This document shows positions 15,756 through 17,405 of a stretch of 17,405 nt of DNA, piece after piece (positions within the stretch are counted from its first letter, which is position 1; each line of letters starts with the position of its first letter). Made by a program: the position numbers and the translations under genes. The notes beneath the pieces are model-generated. The model worked only from the letters and a program-made list of their open reading frames with translations, had not been told where the DNA came from and ran no database searches. Source of the stretch: a bacterium (GTDB lineage: Bacteria > Zhuqueibacterota > Zhuqueibacteria > Oceanimicrobiales > Oceanimicrobiaceae); the NCBI GenBank assembly GCA_037446635.1, contig JBBIIG010000003.1:167819-185223 (forward strand), written 5' to 3'.

Positions 15756-16739
15756 TCAATAATCCATTCGTCCAACTTCGGATGGCAAGGAGATTTCGCT
15801 GGGCTGCAGTCGCTGCAGAACAAACTCCGCCGCCGGCTGCGGCGCCTGCAGCGAAATAAAGTGATCCGCTGCCGGCAAAATCAGCAGTTGACTCTCCCGC
15901 CACTCACTCTTCTCTTTTAATGGCTGCAAAATTTCTTTCTCGGTTTTTTTGAAACTGATGAGCTTGTCCTTTTTCGACAGCACGAAATGCAGCTTGCGCG
16001 CGGCGTTATCCGAAAGATGCGCCAACGAAAATTTCTGCTGAAACACCGACCGCACGTTGGGCGCGGCCACCTTGCCGATCGGCGCGTGGTTGGTGACGAT
16101 GCGCGTGATGAAACGCCGCGCTGGCGGATGTTGGATGGCGCCAGCAAACAAAAGATTCACAAACATCTGCGCGACGAAACGCGTGCCGGCAAATTTAGCC
16201 AGCCAGGTGAGCGGCTTCAACATGCCGGCCAGCCAACTCAAATTATTGCCAAAGCCGGGATTCTCCAAAAATATGCCCTTGATTTCGGGATGATCGCGCA
16301 CAATATCTGAAGCCGCAAAATACAGCGCCGCGCCGCCCATCGAATGTCCCCACACGGCGGCCAATTGTTTGACCATCCGCAGCCGTCTCAATTCCTTCAG
16401 CGCTTGCGTTATTTGCTGGGCGTAAGATTTTACCGTGTAGGCATTTTCCTCGTTGGGGATAGAACCAGCATATCCAAAAAGATTGATGGCGAAACAATCG
16501 TAGCCGGCCGCGGTGAGCGGCTCAGCCAGCGCCTGAAAATATTCATGGTCTTCACAAAAGCCGTGCACCAAAACGATTACCCCCTTGCCTTTCGGAGCCT
16601 GCGCGCGGTAATGAAAAAGCGTGGTGCGCCCGGATTTGGTTTCCACATCCGCGGTGGGATTGGAATAGCGGATGTTAGGACGGCTGAAAAAAAAGAACAA
16701 GAGGACGCCGGCCAAAACTGTTAAAAGAAAAACCAACAT
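15756..16739 (-). CDS. Alpha/beta-fold serine hydrolase with N-terminal membrane anchor
   Basis: VLVHGF oxyanion motif, GHSMGG nucleophile elbow, likely Asp (KKDKLI) and His (ADHFI); hydrophobic N-terminus. Confidence 0.9.
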   Translation of the reverse strand: MLVFLLTVLAGVLLFFFFSRPNIRYSNPTADVETKSGRTTLFHYRAQAPKGKGVIVLVHGFCEDHEYFQALAEPLTAAGYDCFAINLFGYAGSIPNEENAYTVKSYAQQITQALKELRRLRMVKQLAAVWGHSMGGAALYFAASDIVRDHPEIKGIFLENPGFGNNLSWLAGMLKPLTWLAKFAGTRFVAQMFVNLLFAGAIQHPPARRFITRIVTNHAPIGKVAAPNVRSVFQQKFSLAHLSDNAARKLHFVLSKKDKLISFKKTEKEILQPLKEKSEWRESQLLILPAADHFISLQAPQPAAEFVLQRLQPSEISLPSEVGRMDY

Positions 16740-16779
16740 GTGTCGTCGCTATTACTCATATTGAAGTTGCTCATTCGAT

Positions 16780-16811
16780 GGACTGCTTCGGCTAAAAACG
16801 CCCGCAGTGAC
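16780..16811. repeat. Probable remnant half of a GTCA-ended palindromic repeat
   Basis: GGACTGCTTCGGCTAAAAACGCCCGCAGTGAC resembles the GATTGCTTCG...CGCAATGAC half of a widespread intergenic palindrome; ACTGC/GCAGT stem. Confidence 0.4.
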
Positions 16812-16825
16812 AGGCACAAACATTT

Positions 16826-17296
16826 TCATTTTGCATTTAATCCCTTCACCACCTCCAATACCGCTTCCGGATGCTGCGGCACCTTCACTTTCGGAAAGAT
16901 TTTTTGAATCACCCCATTTTTGTCGATGACGAACGTGGTGCGCTCCACGCCCATGTACTTTCTGCCGTACATACTTTTCTCTTTCCAGACGCCGTATTTC
17001 TGCAGCGCCTCTTTGTTTTCATCGCTGAGCAGCGGGAAGGGCAGGTTGTATTTTGATTTGAATTTTTGATGGGAGGCCACGCTGTCCGGGCTCACGCCCA
17101 AAATCACCGCATTGAGTTTCTTGAACTCCGACTGCAAATCGCGGAAGCCGCAGGCCTCGGCGGTGCAGCCGGAGGTGTCGTCTTTGGGATAAAAATACAG
17201 CACAATGTGCTTACCCTTGAAATCCGCAAGCTTCACGTCTTCATTTTTGTCGTTTTTCAACTTGAAATCTGGCGCGCGTTGGCCTTCTTTAAGCAT
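16826..17296 (-). CDS. bcp: Peroxiredoxin Bcp/PrxQ
   Basis: 156 aa; LYFYPKDDTSGCTAEAC, GVSPD, ERTTFVID; AGGAGG Shine-Dalgarno. Confidence 0.97.
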   Translation of the reverse strand: MLKEGQRAPDFKLKNDKNEDVKLADFKGKHIVLYFYPKDDTSGCTAEACGFRDLQSEFKKLNAVILGVSPDSVASHQKFKSKYNLPFPLLSDENKEALQKYGVWKEKSMYGRKYMGVERTTFVIDKNGVIQKIFPKVKVPQHPEAVLEVVKGLNAK

Positions 17297-17330
17297 GCTT
17301 CCCCTCCTGAAAAATTGTAGTCAGTACAAA

Positions 17331-17405
17331 GCTACTTTTGGACTGCGTGAGCCGCGCTCACGCAGATGCTACTTTTGGACTGCGTGAGCCGCGCTCACGC
17401 AGTCC
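17331..17405. repeat. Tandem REP-like palindromes (37-bp period) at the window end
   Basis: GCTACTTTTGGACTGCGTGAGCCGCGCTCACGCAG is identical at 17331-17365 and 17368-17402; the second copy forms GGACTGCGTGAGC-CGC-GCTCACGCAGTCC. Confidence 0.85.

Noticed and set aside
17331..17405. Possible CRISPR array (35-bp palindromic direct repeats)
   Set aside because: The repeats are separated by only 2 bp, so there is no spacer, and no cas genes are in the window.

Overview
GC-rich bacterial chromosomal window of mostly housekeeping and metabolic genes. Minus-strand left arm, in transcription order: stand-alone receiver protein, small membrane protein, WrbA-like flavoprotein with a signal peptide, RND adaptor, MhqO-type ring-cleaving dioxygenase, an unannotated truncated Phd/YefM antitoxin next to a MITE/REP element, RND permease, and a LacI regulator (missing from the ORF track) with a perfect sigma70 promoter and two operators. 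Plus-strand right arm: a pair of bacterial microcompartment (BMC) core enzymes (acylating aldehyde dehydrogenase and PduL, both with unusual C-terminal extensions, no shell genes here), a frameshifted NUDT22-like Nudix gene, dacB and nadE. Converging on these are an alpha/beta hydrolase and bcp. Many intergenic spaces, especially in the right arm, hold small palindromic or tandem-repeat elements. The most unusual is a T-shaped element between the two BMC genes, with octamer-repeat arms and two inner hairpins showing compensatory changes. All family calls come from motif recognition by eye; no database search was run.
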